Notes under the pieces: model-generated | Database searches by the model: none | What the model was told of the DNA's origin: nothing | The model's input: the letters and a program-made list of their open reading frames with translations, nothing else | Part shown: positions 1 through 13,797 of the stretch, one piece after another | How positions within the stretch are numbered: the stretch's first letter is position 1 | How the letters are laid out: each line of letters begins with the position of its first letter | Made by a program: the position numbers and the translations under genes | NCBI GenBank assembly: GCA_013239625.1 | Contig: MU054187.1 | Location: 14,728,974-14,792,973 of the forward strand | Source of the DNA: Lama guanicoe | Lineage: Eukaryota | Length of the DNA: 64,000 nt | Direction of reading: 5' to 3'

Positions 1-649
1 CCAGGCCCTGCCCCGCTTTCCCTCTTCAGCCTCTTCTCCCACCACTTTCCCCTTACGCTCTCTGTTCCAGAATGTGCCATCCTCCCTCCTTCACCCACAC
101 AGTTCCCTCCACCTCACCTCCACACCTCTATTCTACCTGGCCTTTATCCCTTATCTGTAACAGGTGTGACCTTTCTTGGCTCAGGTGCTTGTCCCCAGGG
201 AATTATCATCAGGTAGTGTGTAGCACGCCTCTTACACTTCTGACACTGGGCAGAGGCAGTCCTGAGTAGAGCCCTTCAGAAACCATGTAAGATGGAGCCA
301 GGTTTTGAGGCTCCTGTGGCTTTCTTGGTCCCTCAGATCTCTTTCTCCCACCTGCCTTTACCTCATCCAGGCAGGACCAGCTGTCTCTGTTACATGCTTT
401 TGTAGACCTGTGTCCTTTCCTTCCAGTACTCAGCACTCATTTTGTCCTTCTGTTGATCACCCGTCACCAGACTAAGCTCCATGAGCCCGGCCGGGCGGTC
501 AGTTCAGCTTTGCTCACCACCCTTGACCCAGCACCTTGCATAGTACTTAGGCTTGAATTTGCTCTGAAGCCATCTGTGTTGAATGGATAAAAGAACATTT
601 TCTTCTTATAACATATTCAAATAATAGATACCGAAAGCAACATTCATGT

Positions 650-1900
650 AATCACTCACCTGATATTTACTGAGCACCTGCTATATGTCAGGCCTTATTC
701 TAGATGCTGGGGATAACAGCATTTAACAATCCAGGCAAAATATATCCTTGCCCTCACAGAGTTCATATTTTTGCGGGAACAGACTGACAAATAAATGATA
801 GAGTACTTTAGAAACAAGCCTGCTCTATATAAGTGCTCTGAAGAACGATAAAGCAGGGAAGGGGATAGGGACCCAGGCGGGGAGGTGGTGGTTGCATTTT
901 CAAATAAGGTGGTCAGGAAAGGCCCCACAGAGAAGATATCTGAAAGAGCCGAGGGAGCAGGCCGGGTGGTTTTCTTTAGTAAAGGCATTGCAGGTTGAAA
1001 GAACAGCTGATGTCAAGGGAGTGAGGGGAGGGGAGGTTAGCACGGCGTCTGTTGCGGGTGGGTAGGTACGTGCTGTGGAGTTTGACAGGCCATTGTTAGG
1101 ACTTTGGCTACCGCTCTGAGTGAGATGGAAAGCTCTTGGAGGGTTCTTTGTAGGAGAATGACATCAGCTCCCATTATAAAAAAGGCTTATTCTGGCACTT
1201 AGACCTGGGAAAAAACTGGGGAGCTTTTTGTGATAATCTCGGTAGGAAAGGAAGGAGGAAATTGGGAAGTAATCCAGAAAAAGGATGATGGAGGAGGTGG
1301 TGAGACGTGATCTATGCTGGATATATTCTGAAAGTAGAGACAACTCCAAAAATACTTTTGTCTATGTGTTGGATGTAGGAAATCAGACAAAGGGAGGAAT
1401 CATGGATGATTCCAACTTTTTTGCTTGAGCAAATGGAAGGATGGAGTTGCCATTCCTTGAGATGGGGGTGTCAGAGAGGAGCAGGTTTTAGAGGGGAAAA
1501 TCAAGAACTTGGTTTTGGACATGTTGAGATATCTATCAGACATCCAAGTGGAGATTTTGCAAAGGCAGTGGAAAAGTGAGTCTGAAGTTCAGGAGAGAAT
1601 TCTGGGCTGGAGATCAACATTTGGAAATTGTCAACAAGCAGAGAGGAGTGTCAGCAGAGAAAATAAGAGGTCCAAGGACTGAGCCCTGGGATTCTCCATC
1701 ATCGGCGCAGATGAGAGGTTTAGGAGAAGCCAGCAAAAGAGAGGGAGTGGCCATGGAGATAGGAGGAAAAGCTGGGATGCTGGCCTATTGGAAGTCAGGT
1801 GAAGAAACTGTTTCGCTGATTTTGATCTGCTGATCTGTAAAATAGGATGAAGCCTGAGTGTTGACTTTTGGATTTTGCAGTGCAGAGGTCTATGATTTGA
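650..1900 (-). mobile_element. LINE-2 fragment
   Basis: Begins with the reverse of the L2 3' end (tatttactgagcacctgctatatgtcaggc), followed by a purine-rich L2 body. Confidence 0.7.
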
Positions 1901-3745
1901 TAATGTCACCAACAGAGAGCCCTATGATTTTTCCAAGCATCAGTTCCAACTGTGTGCCACCAAAATATGGGGTGATTGTATTAAGCTCTCTGCAAAGCCC
2001 TGTGGAATCCCCACTCATTAAGGACTGAGGTAGGAGATCCTTACCCACCTCCATTTCACCCCTTAAGGGGAGAGGTTTGGGGCTAAAGGTCACAGCACAG
2101 CTTTCTCCAAAAACCATCTTCCACAGATATTCTCCTTGAAGATCCTCCCTTGCATCAGGGGACCTCTTTTTATATTTGATGTAAATACTTTTTACTACTT
2201 GAAGTAAATACTTAATATACTTAATATATCATATATGTAAAAATTTTTTTTTTGCATACTGATAGCTCATTCTATAACTCTTGAGCTCTTGAGGGGGTTC
2301 CAGAGCTATGGAATGGGTAATCAGACATTTCGTATTCCCTGCTGCTGTTCCTGTGCACACCATTGCCCTGGCTCCAGGAACGGATCCTGATATGCCAGAT
2401 AAGGTATTCTTGCATGGAATTATTGGTCTAGCCGGGCGCATGACTGAAGTTGGCTCAGTCAGACTGCAAGGAAGGACTAAAATTCCTAGGCTATCTCACT
2501 GGGTATAAACAAGGAGGATGTAGCCTCCATTTCTGCTCATAATCACTTGGTGATTATAAAGGGAACCAGACTTCCGATGAAGCCCATCTTGTGGACAGAA
2601 GAATGGAGAATTAGAAAGGACCTGAAGCTCTGCGGACACTGTTGCATCATTGAATCAGCTAAGTCTGGACCCTGCCATACCTCTGGACTGTCCTGTTACT
2701 GGTTTAGTGAGTTGGAGTCAGGACTCTATCACTTGCAGCTGAAAACATTCTAATTGATTTATAGCAACGTGGTCTGCCTCATCCCAGGAGTCAGGCTAAT
2801 TTCAGATTCTGGCCCTCCCTTTATTCCTCTCTGACTTTTTCCATTGCTTTTTTTTAAAAATTAGGTAACACTGATTTATAACATTATGTATTTCACGTGT
2901 GCATTATATTTCCACTTCTGAATCCCCTACAGCATGCTCACCACCAAAGATTTAGTTTCCATCAGTCCCCATGTTTGATCTCCTTTACCCATTTAAATCA
3001 CCCCCACTCTGGTAATCACTACCCTGTTCTCTGTATCTACGGTTTGTTTTTAATTTTTTCCATTGCTTTTGACCCTTCCGTTGCTGATGCTTGTGGGGCC
3101 AGCTGATCTATTAGGCATAGTGGGCACAGGGTTTAGGGCCCTCAAAAATATTTTCATTTTAATTTCTCTTAAAATCAGAATTTTAAAAATGAATATAATA
3201 ACAATAAATATATAATAATGAATCTAATCCAGGTTGTATTCACCTTTATGCCAAGGCAGTTATAAAATACACTTTTTAATTTATGCATTCTTTTTATGCA
3301 GAATGGGGTCCCACAAAGGCAAAAGGGTTACGGCCTGAGAAAGTCATATTGTGGCCCTGGGTGCTTGGTTACTACATTCCCGACTTGACTTTACACACTA
3401 CTTCCTGCCACCTTCTCTAGCTTATGAAATGTTTCTATTTATTTGTTTATTGTCTGGTTCTGCCACTAAACTGTACTCCCTGAGAGCAGGAACTTTGCTT
3501 TGTTTATTGTTCTGTGCCCTGGTATTACCAGACCCAGTAAAGCAGGGATGCTTCCACCTGGCCCCACTCCCTGTTTCCCAGGCTAAGACAAACCTCTCTG
3601 CTTTGCTCGTTTCCCTGCTTCTAGGCTTGTCCTCTCTTATCTGTGCGTCACTCTGCAGCCTCAGAGTCTTTGTCCTCACAGCTTTCCCACTCACCCCCAC
3701 CCCAGCTCTTCTGCTTCTCCATCTCTCTTAAACCTTTTCTAGGCC

Positions 3746-3760
3746 TTTCTTTCCTTCTTT

Positions 3761-3816
<56 letters not shown>

Positions 3817-3818
3817 TC
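3746..3818. repeat. (TTTC)n microsatellite
   Basis: Direct reading. Confidence 0.95.
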
Positions 3819-4849
3819 GGAATACAGCAGGCATACAGAAAAATGTATAAAATCTGTACACACAGTTTGAGGAATGATCATAAACCCCTCTGTAGGTTAA
3901 GAAATTAAACATTTCTGCTCTCCAGAACTCTCTCCACTCCTGTTTGCCCTTCCTTGGTTACAAAACCAGCCTTCTCTCCACAAAGTAACTACTATCCTCA
4001 TTTCTGTGATAATGTTTTTGCTTTTCTTTTCAGTTTTCCAACCTGTGTATCACTAGACAATCTACCTCACTTGACTGAATCCAAGAAGTTCTCTTTTTCT
4101 TTTTGAGCATAGCTGAAGTTGAGATGTACTTCTGAGGATGGCTTGTCAAGGTTTACTTGGCAGCATTTTGTTCTTTCCTAGAAGAAATACAAAATATAAA
4201 TACAAAAATATAAATACAAAAATATAAAAGAATGGTGTGCTTTATAATCAGTGGCACCTTGGATTTGATGTAGACTCGTTTTGCTTGTTTTTGAACCATA
4301 TGAATGAAATTACACTGTATGTATTCTTTTATCTGTGTGTGTGTGTTTTTAATCAACACGGTGTTTGTGAGACTCATTCCCTTTGTTTCTGGGCTCACAG
4401 GGGTTACAACACTGGGCAAAAGTACCGTCATTTCTCTCTTGACTATGGCAGTGTTATCCAAACACGAAGCCTAACCCTGATCCCAATGAGAGCTATGCAT
4501 TTGAAACCCAAATCTGATCATCTTATTCTCCTGCTTAGAACATTTTAATGGCTTCCCACTGTTCTTTGACTAAAGGTCCACATCTCTGATACAGCCTTCA
4601 GGCCCTTCCGATGATTCTGACACATTCTTCCTCTGGCTCTACAGCAACAGTCATCTTCTTGCAGTGCTTTAAACAAGCCTCCCCAGGCCCCTCCTACCCA
4701 CCCCACCCCAGCCTCCAGCCCGGCTAAGTGCACCAATTTATCAATCTAAGCTCTCACCTCAACTCTTCAGGTAAGCCTCCCTCCTCTGCATAGGTCATGA
4801 GCCTTTATCTCCTGGAGAACTCTCTTCTTTTTAGAACATGTTATCACAT

Positions 4850-5295
4850 AGATCTGCTACTGAAATAGAGACTGGTGACTTAATATGATAGAAGTTTATT
4901 TTGGGCTCACAATACGGTATGTGCCTAAGTAGCCCAGGAGCCGTCTGGAGGCTCTGTGGTGTTGGGAACCCAGGATCCTGCTACCCTGTTGCATTGACAT
5001 CTGCAGGTTGTTGCCCACCAGCCTGATTCACCACCAATTCACATTCCAGCCAGCGGAAGGGAGAAGGGGGAAGGGAGGGCAGTACTCCTTTTAAGCGCAT
5101 GACGCAGGAGTTGCCCTTATGACTTTTACTTGCCTCTCACTGATCAGAACTTGGTCATATGGCCACACCTAGCTGTAAGAGAGGCTGGGAAAAGTCACCT
5201 TATTTTGGCTGCCATATGCCTGGCAATGAACCTGGAGATGTTACTGTAGATGGAATGAATGGATATGGGGACACCTAGTGGTCCCTTTGGCATAA
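4850..5295. mobile_element. MaLR (MLT1-like) LTR
   Basis: cagaacttggtcatatggccacacctagctgtaagagaggctgggaa is typical of MLT1. Confidence 0.6.
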
Positions 5296-5955
5296 CACCC
5301 AAGCCAGATTACAGTAATATATTAATTAGTATAATTATTTGATTGATGTCTGTCTACCCCAATAGAGTGTAATCTCTACACAAGCAAGGACCATACCTAT
5401 TTTCATTCACCACTGTGTCCTCATCATCCATCCTCATGCCTGATATAAAGAAGGCCTTAATAAGTATTTGTTAAATACATGCATGAATAGTCTCTGACTA
5501 CCTCTTGCTGTTCCTGGTCTCACACTTGACACTCCAGCCAGACTGAAGTACTTGTGGTTGCCTTAATTCATTATCTATAGAAAAAAAATTTTTTAGCGTA
5601 TCTAGTAAGCAAAATTAGTCATCTCGCTGTTTAAATTTCATTGATTTTTTGAGATTATACACATTTTCACATATTTCCATTTATATTCCTTGTTTTGAGA
5701 TTTGATATGACCAATTCTAACAACATCCTTTGAAGTACACTATGAGCTTAATGGAGTAGATTTTATTCAGAGCAGTGAGGTCCCAGTTAGGCAGCCTACC
5801 TACTGAGGCACTTGCTTGACAAGGAGTAAAAGCTAATGCTTGAATTGGGGCTTTCATGCATTTCTGCCTGCTATTTCCCAAACCTGAGCTTTCCACAAGA
5901 GTTGAGAAACAAAGAGTTAAAGGTTACATTCTCTGTTTAGAATCTGGAGGATTGG

Positions 5956-6745
5956 TGTGATGTCGTGATTTATAATAAGAAATACACCTTTGGTCTTTCT
6001 CCCATCTGCATAGAGCTCCTAAAACCGTTGGAATTTCCTGTGTTAAGAGCAATAAAGACGTCTTGATATTCATCGCATGCCCCTTTCAACCACACCTGAG
6101 TTTGTGTTAATGAGATAACTTTTGGAAAGGACCTAAGAGTAGGGGCTATTTGCCAGGGGCATCGATCAACCGTGTGATTGGAGGGTTGAAACTTTCAGTC
6201 CGGCCTCTGACCTTCGGGGAGGGGAGAGGGGCTGAAGGTTCAATAAATGGCCAACAATTTAATCAACCACGCCTGCGTAATGACGCCTCCATGAAAACAC
6301 CAAAGGAAGGGTTTCAGAGAGCTTCCAAGTTGGTGAGTCAAGCTCCAAGAAGCTCCTGCACTGGGGACCTCACCCTGTGTATCTTATCATCTGGCTGTTT
6401 ATCCACATCCTTTAGCACCTTTGTAATAAGCTGGTAATCTGGTAAGTAGACTGGATTCCTGGGTTCTGTGGGCCACTCTAGCAAATTAGTCAAACCTGAG
6501 GAGGGGCTCGCGGAAATGCCTGTGTTATAGCTAGTTGATCAGAAGCGCAGATAACAAACTGGACTTACGACTGGCATCTGAAGTGGGTGCAGTCTGCTCG
6601 GACTTGGCTATTCACCTGTGGAATCTGATGCTATCTTTGGGTAGAGAGTGTCAGAACTGAGTTAAATTTATGGGACATCTGTTCAGTGTCCTCTGAGAAT
6701 TCAGTTAATTTCTTGACGATGTAGGAAAAAACGCACGCATTGGAG
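5956..6745 (+). mobile_element. ERVL-class solo LTR (MER21-like)
   Basis: Starts tgtgatgtcgtgatttataataagaaat...ctcctaaaaccgttggaatttcc, resembling MER21. Confidence 0.6.
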
Positions 6746-7879
6746 ATGGTATCTTAAATTGCTATTTAAGGAAATATCCATGAGTCTCAGCAGTCGGTAA
6801 AGATGAATGTTGTATTGATAACCAAATAGGTCTAATTAAGACTTCATGGGAATGATGGCCAGCTCGCCCATAATCACCCAACTACGCCACACACTACTAG
6901 ATACAGATGCTTTACTTTTTATATATTAATAACTATTAAAATTATAAAGAATATAAAATGCTATAATTAATATGGCCACACTTGAATGAAGCTATATGAA
7001 AAAAATGGAAGTATGCGAGAGTGGGGGGGTTTAGATTTTATTATTATTATTTTACCACTTTCTCTTTAATAATGTCATATTGTTGCTGATGAAGCTAAAT
7101 CATAGTACCATCACCAAAACGCAACCACTGCCACCAACTCTGTTAGCAATGCCCTTTTAAAAATACACAAGACCTGTAAGATATTATTGGTCATAGAGGA
7201 AAGAAGAGGGCCTGTTTTAAATATAAGCACAAATGTGGCTCATGAGCGGAAGATGAACTTTCCTATTTCAGATTCAGTTATAATTCTGAAAGCCAAGAGA
7301 GGAAGCAATAATTCCAGGGGAAGGAAGCGAAGGGCTTCTATTTCCTTAGTGTTCACAAGTAGCCTGATATGGACATCACCGCTAATGAGAAGAGCATGCT
7401 TTCAGACCAGAAGTACACACCCGGCTTCTCTGTGCAGATAACCCAGCATCAGCACAGCTCCAGCAATTGGGAACTCAGGGTTCTGCTCCTGGTGTAAGAG
7501 GGGCATGACCGAGAGTTGCCTCTTAATAAATTGTTCAGAAATGCATTTGACTATAGATGCCCCAGTGCACACATATTTCCCACTAGTCATATAGTTTAGG
7601 AGGCCTTTCTTCCATAATGCCAAGATCTTTAGCAGCGTTCAGTTTTACTCACTTCTCAATTTAAATGACTGAGTTTTCAAGTTCAACTACTGTCTGAAGA
7701 AAGTTTTCTCCTATAGATGTTTAGAGAGGCTGAATGTGCAAACAAAGAAAAAGACTTGGTAATACAGTTGTGGAGAGATTATTTCAGAGAGGGGAGGAGA
7801 TTCTGGTGGATGGGTAATTTTGGCCAGTAGGAGGATACCACGTGAACAAGTGTGTGTGAGTGCGCGGGGTTGGGATTGG

Positions 7880-8407
7880 TGGGGTCGCAGATGTGGATGA
7901 AAAATAGTGCCTGCCATATCAATAAACAGAGGATACTGTGGCCATCAAGTCATCAGCCACTACCCCTCTCCCCCAACCCCTTGGTGAGCCGGAGGGAAGT
8001 AAGGGTGAAGGCAAGCAGGCAACCCGGCCTCTGTAGCCACCCTCAGCAGTGCATCCTGAGGGAACTCAGGATGGGAAAGAGCAAGATTCTGGCCCTAAAC
8101 AGTTAAGGTTCATATCAAAGGAATGATTTCAGTGAGTCCAGACTTTTCATCTTGCCATAAATAGAAAAGCACTCAATTCCTTAACTTGAGATATCTGGTT
8201 TTCTTTAATTAATGCTAATCTTTTGATGTTCTGACTACCTGGTCTTTGTTGCAGAAACTGCTATCTATCCCAGCTCCTCCCCTGTCTCTTCGGAGCAGTC
8301 ACTTAGCACGACCTGAGAGGCCAGATCCAGGCTTCAGTCCTCAGAGATGTCCACCGAATAAAACAGAACTCTCAACTTTTAGGTTGTGCATTTGGTTTCA
8401 GTCGACA
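7880..8407 (+). mobile_element. ERV1-class LTR
   Basis: U5-like end with AATAAA then ...ttcagtcgaCA; 5' boundary approximate. Confidence 0.5.
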
Positions 8408-11081
8408 CAGGTAACAGGAGCTAAAAAAAGAAAGAAGAACTGTCTGCATGACAATTTTATTAAAGCACTGATGGCGGCCCCAAGCAAGCCGATGGACCTG
8501 GAAGGCTGTAAGTAGCTCCCTCCAGTTTAGCCCAGTTTGCCTTGACTGAGCTGGTCCGTTTCGGACCCTTCCTTTCCTGGTCTGATGGAGGCCAACTCCT
8601 CTGGTTTTAGAAGGAGGAGGGCCAAAAAGACAAAGGAAGGGAAAATGCTCAGAATTACAGGGAGTGGGACCTGGAAACCAGGCACCCCATTTGGGACATA
8701 GTTGAAGTGTCCAGCCCAAATAAAGAAGAAAGGCAGGGTGGCCAGTGGTGGAGTGTGGTGACCAGAGGGCTTGGTGATGGCAGAGGCTCCAGATGCTACT
8801 AGAAATGCAGCTAGAAAGTGAGGTGCATGGGAGTGATGGGAACCAGATTCAGGGGGTACTACTTCTCTGACATCAACTGCATCAACACGAGGGGTTGCAA
8901 ATTCAGATCCCGAAGTAGGCCAGAGAGAGCTTGCCGCAGGTAAGATAATAGGGGTGTGTGTGATTATGGCCAACTGACGGACAGAAGGATGATTTAAATT
9001 TACTGGAGAGGAAGAAAATTTGCCACCCCAAAATGTCTCTTTGATATGCAGATTATTTTGAGCTGAAAACAATCAAGGCTCAAAAGACTCAGGAAGAACA
9101 TTTGACCTCCTCCTTCCAAAACCAGAGGGGCCGGCCTCCATCAGACCAGTGGCTTCCAACATGGGTCACTCATATGGCTGTTAGATGGAGTCCTCAATTC
9201 CTTGCCACGTGGACCATTCTTTAGGGCTGCTTGAGTGTCTCATGACATCTTCCAGTAATTCAAGATCTTCCATTTTCTCAGTAATCCAAGAAAGAGCAAA
9301 GAGAAAGTCATGATTTTTGTGTAAAAAGATCCCCCTGGAGGCAGAATGGGGTGAAGTTATGAAACTGGAGACGGGTGGGCCAGCAGCTATGGTTTAGGTA
9401 AAAGAGGATGGAGGCTTAACAGAAACAGTAGAAGATGAGGAGTACCCAGATTTAGCTGACGCTCCGGAGCAGACTTGGCAGAACTTGAGACCATTTGGAT
9501 ATGGTGGTAGGAGTGGGAAGATGGAAGCATTGGGGTGACTTGCCACTCGGGTGGGCTGTGATATTACTAACGGTTGAGGCACAAGTGAAGGAGGGGATTT
9601 GGTGAGAGAGAGAGACAGTGCCTTTTGTTTGGACATGTTGAGGCTGCAATTCCTGGAGCAGGAGCCTGGAGTACCAGAGAAAGGTGGGGGTGAGGGGTGG
9701 GAGCCATCATTGTCTAACAGGGGCTGCAGCCACCGGGTACCCGGGACTCCCTCTGGGAGAGAGGAGTCTCAGGCGAAAGTGTGAAGAGGTAGAGGGGGAC
9801 CTGGGACAGCAAGTATCACAAAAGCTAAGTGAGGAGAGTGGTCACAAAAGGGGTGCCAGCCATGAAATCAGCCAGAGGTTAGGCTCTAAAGAGACCCCTG
9901 GCCAGCTAGGCTGTCGCTGGTGACCTAACAGAAAACACTTTCACCTGAGTGACGGAGGGCGCAAGCCAGAGGAAAGATAAGATGCAAAACGATTAGAGAT
10001 CAGTAATTATGCTTTTCTAAACAGAGAAAGAGACTTAGAGGACAGAGCCGCTGCACTGACTGATTAACAATGTGGTGACTCACAGCTAAAAGGGAGCTGA
10101 CTTTAACTTGTTTTAAGCTGTGCTCTGGAATGAGAGGCTGACGCACGTTAAGCCAGTCTCCCCCCAGTTTGTTGCAAAATCAACTGATTTGGTTTCCCCC
10201 TTCCCATTACTCTTCTGAGAATACAATTTTATGAATCTTTATTAATAATGTATTTTATACCCTAAATCAGAAATTTTGCTGTGAAAATCCCCAGCCATTT
10301 ATAAACTGCTGCATTTTTCATGAGACTGCAATGGGGAAAAACCTGCTCCATAATACGATTCTTGAATGATAAACACAAACTATAGAGAATGAAACATAAT
10401 TAAGGAGACAATTTTCCCTCTCCCATATGACAAATTAAATCCCTAGAGCATGACATGATTTCATTTTAAAAAGTCTCCTAACTCTCTGGTTCATTATCGT
10501 ATCTCAGATCCAATCTAGTGCCTTGCACTCAATAAATATTTGCCAATGAATTAAAGATATCACCCATTTGGTATTAATCACATGTTGCTTTGCATTTAAA
10601 ATGAATATGTTTAATAAGTCACAGGGATGTAATGTACAGCATAGGGAATATGGTCAATAATGTAATAATTTGTATGGTGACAATATTTAGACTTATTGTG
10701 GTGATCATTTTGAAATGTATAAAAATATCAAATCACTACGCTGTACAATTGATACTTATATAATATGGTAAGTCAATTATAGCTCAATTTAAAAAAATAA
10801 GTAAAATGAATATGTTTAAATATCACTTCAAATGAGAATATTTCTTAAAAGACTATGTCTAAAAATTCATTACCAGATTTTTTTGTAGCCCTGAGGTCAG
10901 GATCTATAAATTATTTCTCTTCATTTGGGATCTGGAATTTAGTACATTCAACAATGCTTCTTCTTTGAAAAAAAAATTTTTTTAACAATGCTTCTTGAGT
11001 TGTAGAGCAAATCATGTTAGCTGTAAAATGGTAGTACCTTATGTATATTTCTAGCTAATCCTAGCTAAAAACTTCCTGCAG

Positions 11082-11084
<3 letters not shown>

Positions 11085-11113
<29 letters not shown>
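11085..11113. repeat. (TG)n microsatellite
   Basis: Direct reading. Confidence 0.95.
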
Positions 11114-11115
<2 letters not shown>

Positions 11116-11309
11116 CCTTTCTATTAGGATAAGTATGCTGTCTTTTGATCCTAGATCATCAAATTTTAAAAAAATTACACATTATTGTTGAATTTTATCA
11201 AATGATCTTTCTCTAGATAATCATATGTTTTCTTCTCCTTTAATTGGTTAATGTGGTAAATGACATTAATTGTTTACCTAATGCTAAACTGATCTTCTTT
11301 CTGGGTGCA

Positions 11310-13797
11310 TGACACAAAAGTGCAAGATAAAGCAATAAGTGCTGATGTAGGAGCTGCAGCAAGTTGTCCAGAAGATCTCACATTCATGAAGCTACAGTGA
11401 ACAACAGATTTTCAGTGCAGATGAAATAGCCTTATATTGGAAGAAGACGCTATCTAGGACCTTCATAGCTAGCAAGGGAAAGTCAGTGCCTGGCTTCAAA
11501 GCATCAAAAGACAGGCTCTCTTTGTTAGGGGATAATGCAGCCAGTGACTTTCAGGTGAAACCAGTGTTCACTTACTAAGCATTATCCTAGGTGAGGAAAA
11601 TCCTAGGACCCTTAAAAATTATGCTCAATCTACTCTGCCTATGCTATCTATAAATAGAACAACAAACCAGGATGATAGCACATCTGTTGGCAACATGGTT
11701 TACTTGAATGTTTTAAGCCCACTGTTGAGATCTACTCCTCAGAAAAAAAGATTCCTTTCAAAATATTACTGCTAATTAACAATGCACCTGGTCACTCAAG
11801 AGCTCTGATGGAGATGGACAATGAGATTAATGTTGTTTTCATGCCTGCTAGCACAGCATCCATTCTGCAGCCCATAGATTAAGGAGTCATTTGGACTTTC
11901 AAGTCTTATTTAAGAAATAAGTATTGTAAAGCTGTAGCTGCTATAGATGGTGATTCCTCTGATGGATCTGGGCATAGTAAATTGGAAAGTATTCCCCATT
12001 CTAGATAGTATTAAGAATATTCATGATTCATGAGAAGAGGTCAAAATATCAACATTAACAGGAGTTTGGAAGAAACTGATTCCCACCCATATGGAAGACT
12101 TTGAGGGGTTCAAGACCTCAGTGGAGGAAGTAACTGCAGATGTGGTAGAAATGTCAAAGAACTAGACTTAGAAATGGAGTCTGAAGATGTGACTGGATTG
12201 CTGCAATCTTATGATAAAACTTTAACAGATGAAGAGTTGCTTCTTACGGATGAGAAAAAAAGTGGCTTTTTGAGGTGGATTCTACTCCTGGTGAAGATGC
12301 TGTGAAGATTGTTGAAATGAAAACAAAGGATTTAGAATACAACGTAAACTTAGTTGATATAGTAGGCAGAGTTTGAGAGAACTGACTACCCTATTGAAAG
12401 AAGTTCTACTGTGGGTTAAATGCTTCTCCAACAGCATCGCATGCTACACAAAAGTAGTTAGTGGAAGAGTCAATTGATGTGGCAAACTTCATTGTTGTCT
12501 TATTTTAAGAGATTGCTACCACCACCCAACCTTCAGCAACTGCCATCTTGATCACTTAGTAGCTGTTAATCTTGAGGCAAGACCCTCCCCCAGCAAAAAG
12601 ATTACGACTTGCCAAAGACTCAGATGATGGTTATTATTTTATTTTAAACATTTTTTATTGCTTTATAATCATTTTACGATGTGTGTCAAATTTCAGTGTA
12701 GAGCACAATTTTTCAGTTATATATGAACATATGTATAATTCACTGTCACATTTTTTTCTCTGTGAGCTACCATAAGATCTTGTATATATTTCCCTGTGCT
12801 CTACAGTATAATCTTGTTTATCTATTCTACATTTTGAAATCCCAGTCTGTCCCTTCCCACCCCCCACCACCTTGGCAACCACAAGTTTGTATTCTATGTC
12901 TATGAGTCTGTTTCTGTTTTGTATTTATGTTTTGTTTGTTTGTTTGTTTGTTTAGATTCTACATATGAGCAATCTCATATGGTATTTTTCTTTCACTTTC
13001 TGGCTTACTTCACTTAGACTGACATTCTCCAGGAACATCCATGTTGCTGCAAATGGCGTTATGTTGTTGGTTTTTAATGGCTGAATAGTAGTCTATTGTA
13101 TAAATATACCACATCTTCTTTATCCAGTCATCTGTTGATGGACATTTAGGCTGTTTCCATGTCTTGGCTATTGTAAATAGTGCTGCTATGAACATTGGGG
13201 TGCAGGTGTCATTTTGAAGTAGGGTTCCTTCTGGATATATGCCCAAGAGCAGGATTCCTGGGTCGTATGGTAAGTCTATTCCTAGTCTTTTGAGGAATCT
13301 CCATACTGTTTTCCACAGTGGCTGCACCAAACTGCATTCCCACCAGCAGTGTAGGAGGGTTCCCTTTTCTCCACAGCCTCTCCAGCATTTGTCATTTGTG
13401 GACTTTTGAATGATGGCCATTCTGATTATAGTTTTGATTTGCATTTCTCTGATAATTAGTGATATTGAACATTTTTTCCTGTGCCTATTGATCATTTGTA
13501 TGTCTTCCTTGGAGAATTGCTTGTTTAGGTCTTCTGCCCATTTTTGGATTGGGTTGTTTTTCTTACTAAGTTTTGGATTGGGTTGTTTTTCTTACTAAGT
13601 CATATGAGCGGTTATTATTTTTAAATTAAGATATGTCCATTGCTTTTCTAGACATAATGCTATTGCACATATTCTAGACTACTACTTCTGTATTGTAATA
13701 TTGTAAATATAACTTTTATATGTGCTAGGAAACTGAAGAATTTGTGTGACTTGCTTTGTTGTGGAACTGAACCCACAATAACTCTGAGGCACACCTA
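11310..13797 (+). mobile_element. Tigger1 (TcMar-Tigger) DNA transposon, 5'-truncated, interrupted by L1
   Basis: Decayed transposase-like sequence (gatgaaatagccttatattggaagaag, aacaatgcacctggtcac) and a TIR-like 3' end ggaactgaacccacaataactctgaggcacacct. Confidence 0.85.
12641..13609 (-). mobile_element. 5'-truncated L1 nested in Tigger1
   Basis: ORF 13010..13495 is the L1 ORF2 C-terminus ([19 protein letters not shown]...[10 protein letters not shown]); TSD GGTTATTATTTT at 12629-12640 and 13610-13621. Confidence 0.95.

Noticed and set aside
3648..3881. Lys/Glu/Arg-rich ORFs here and at 23801-24060
   Set aside because: They are translations of (TTTC)n and poly(T) tracts.
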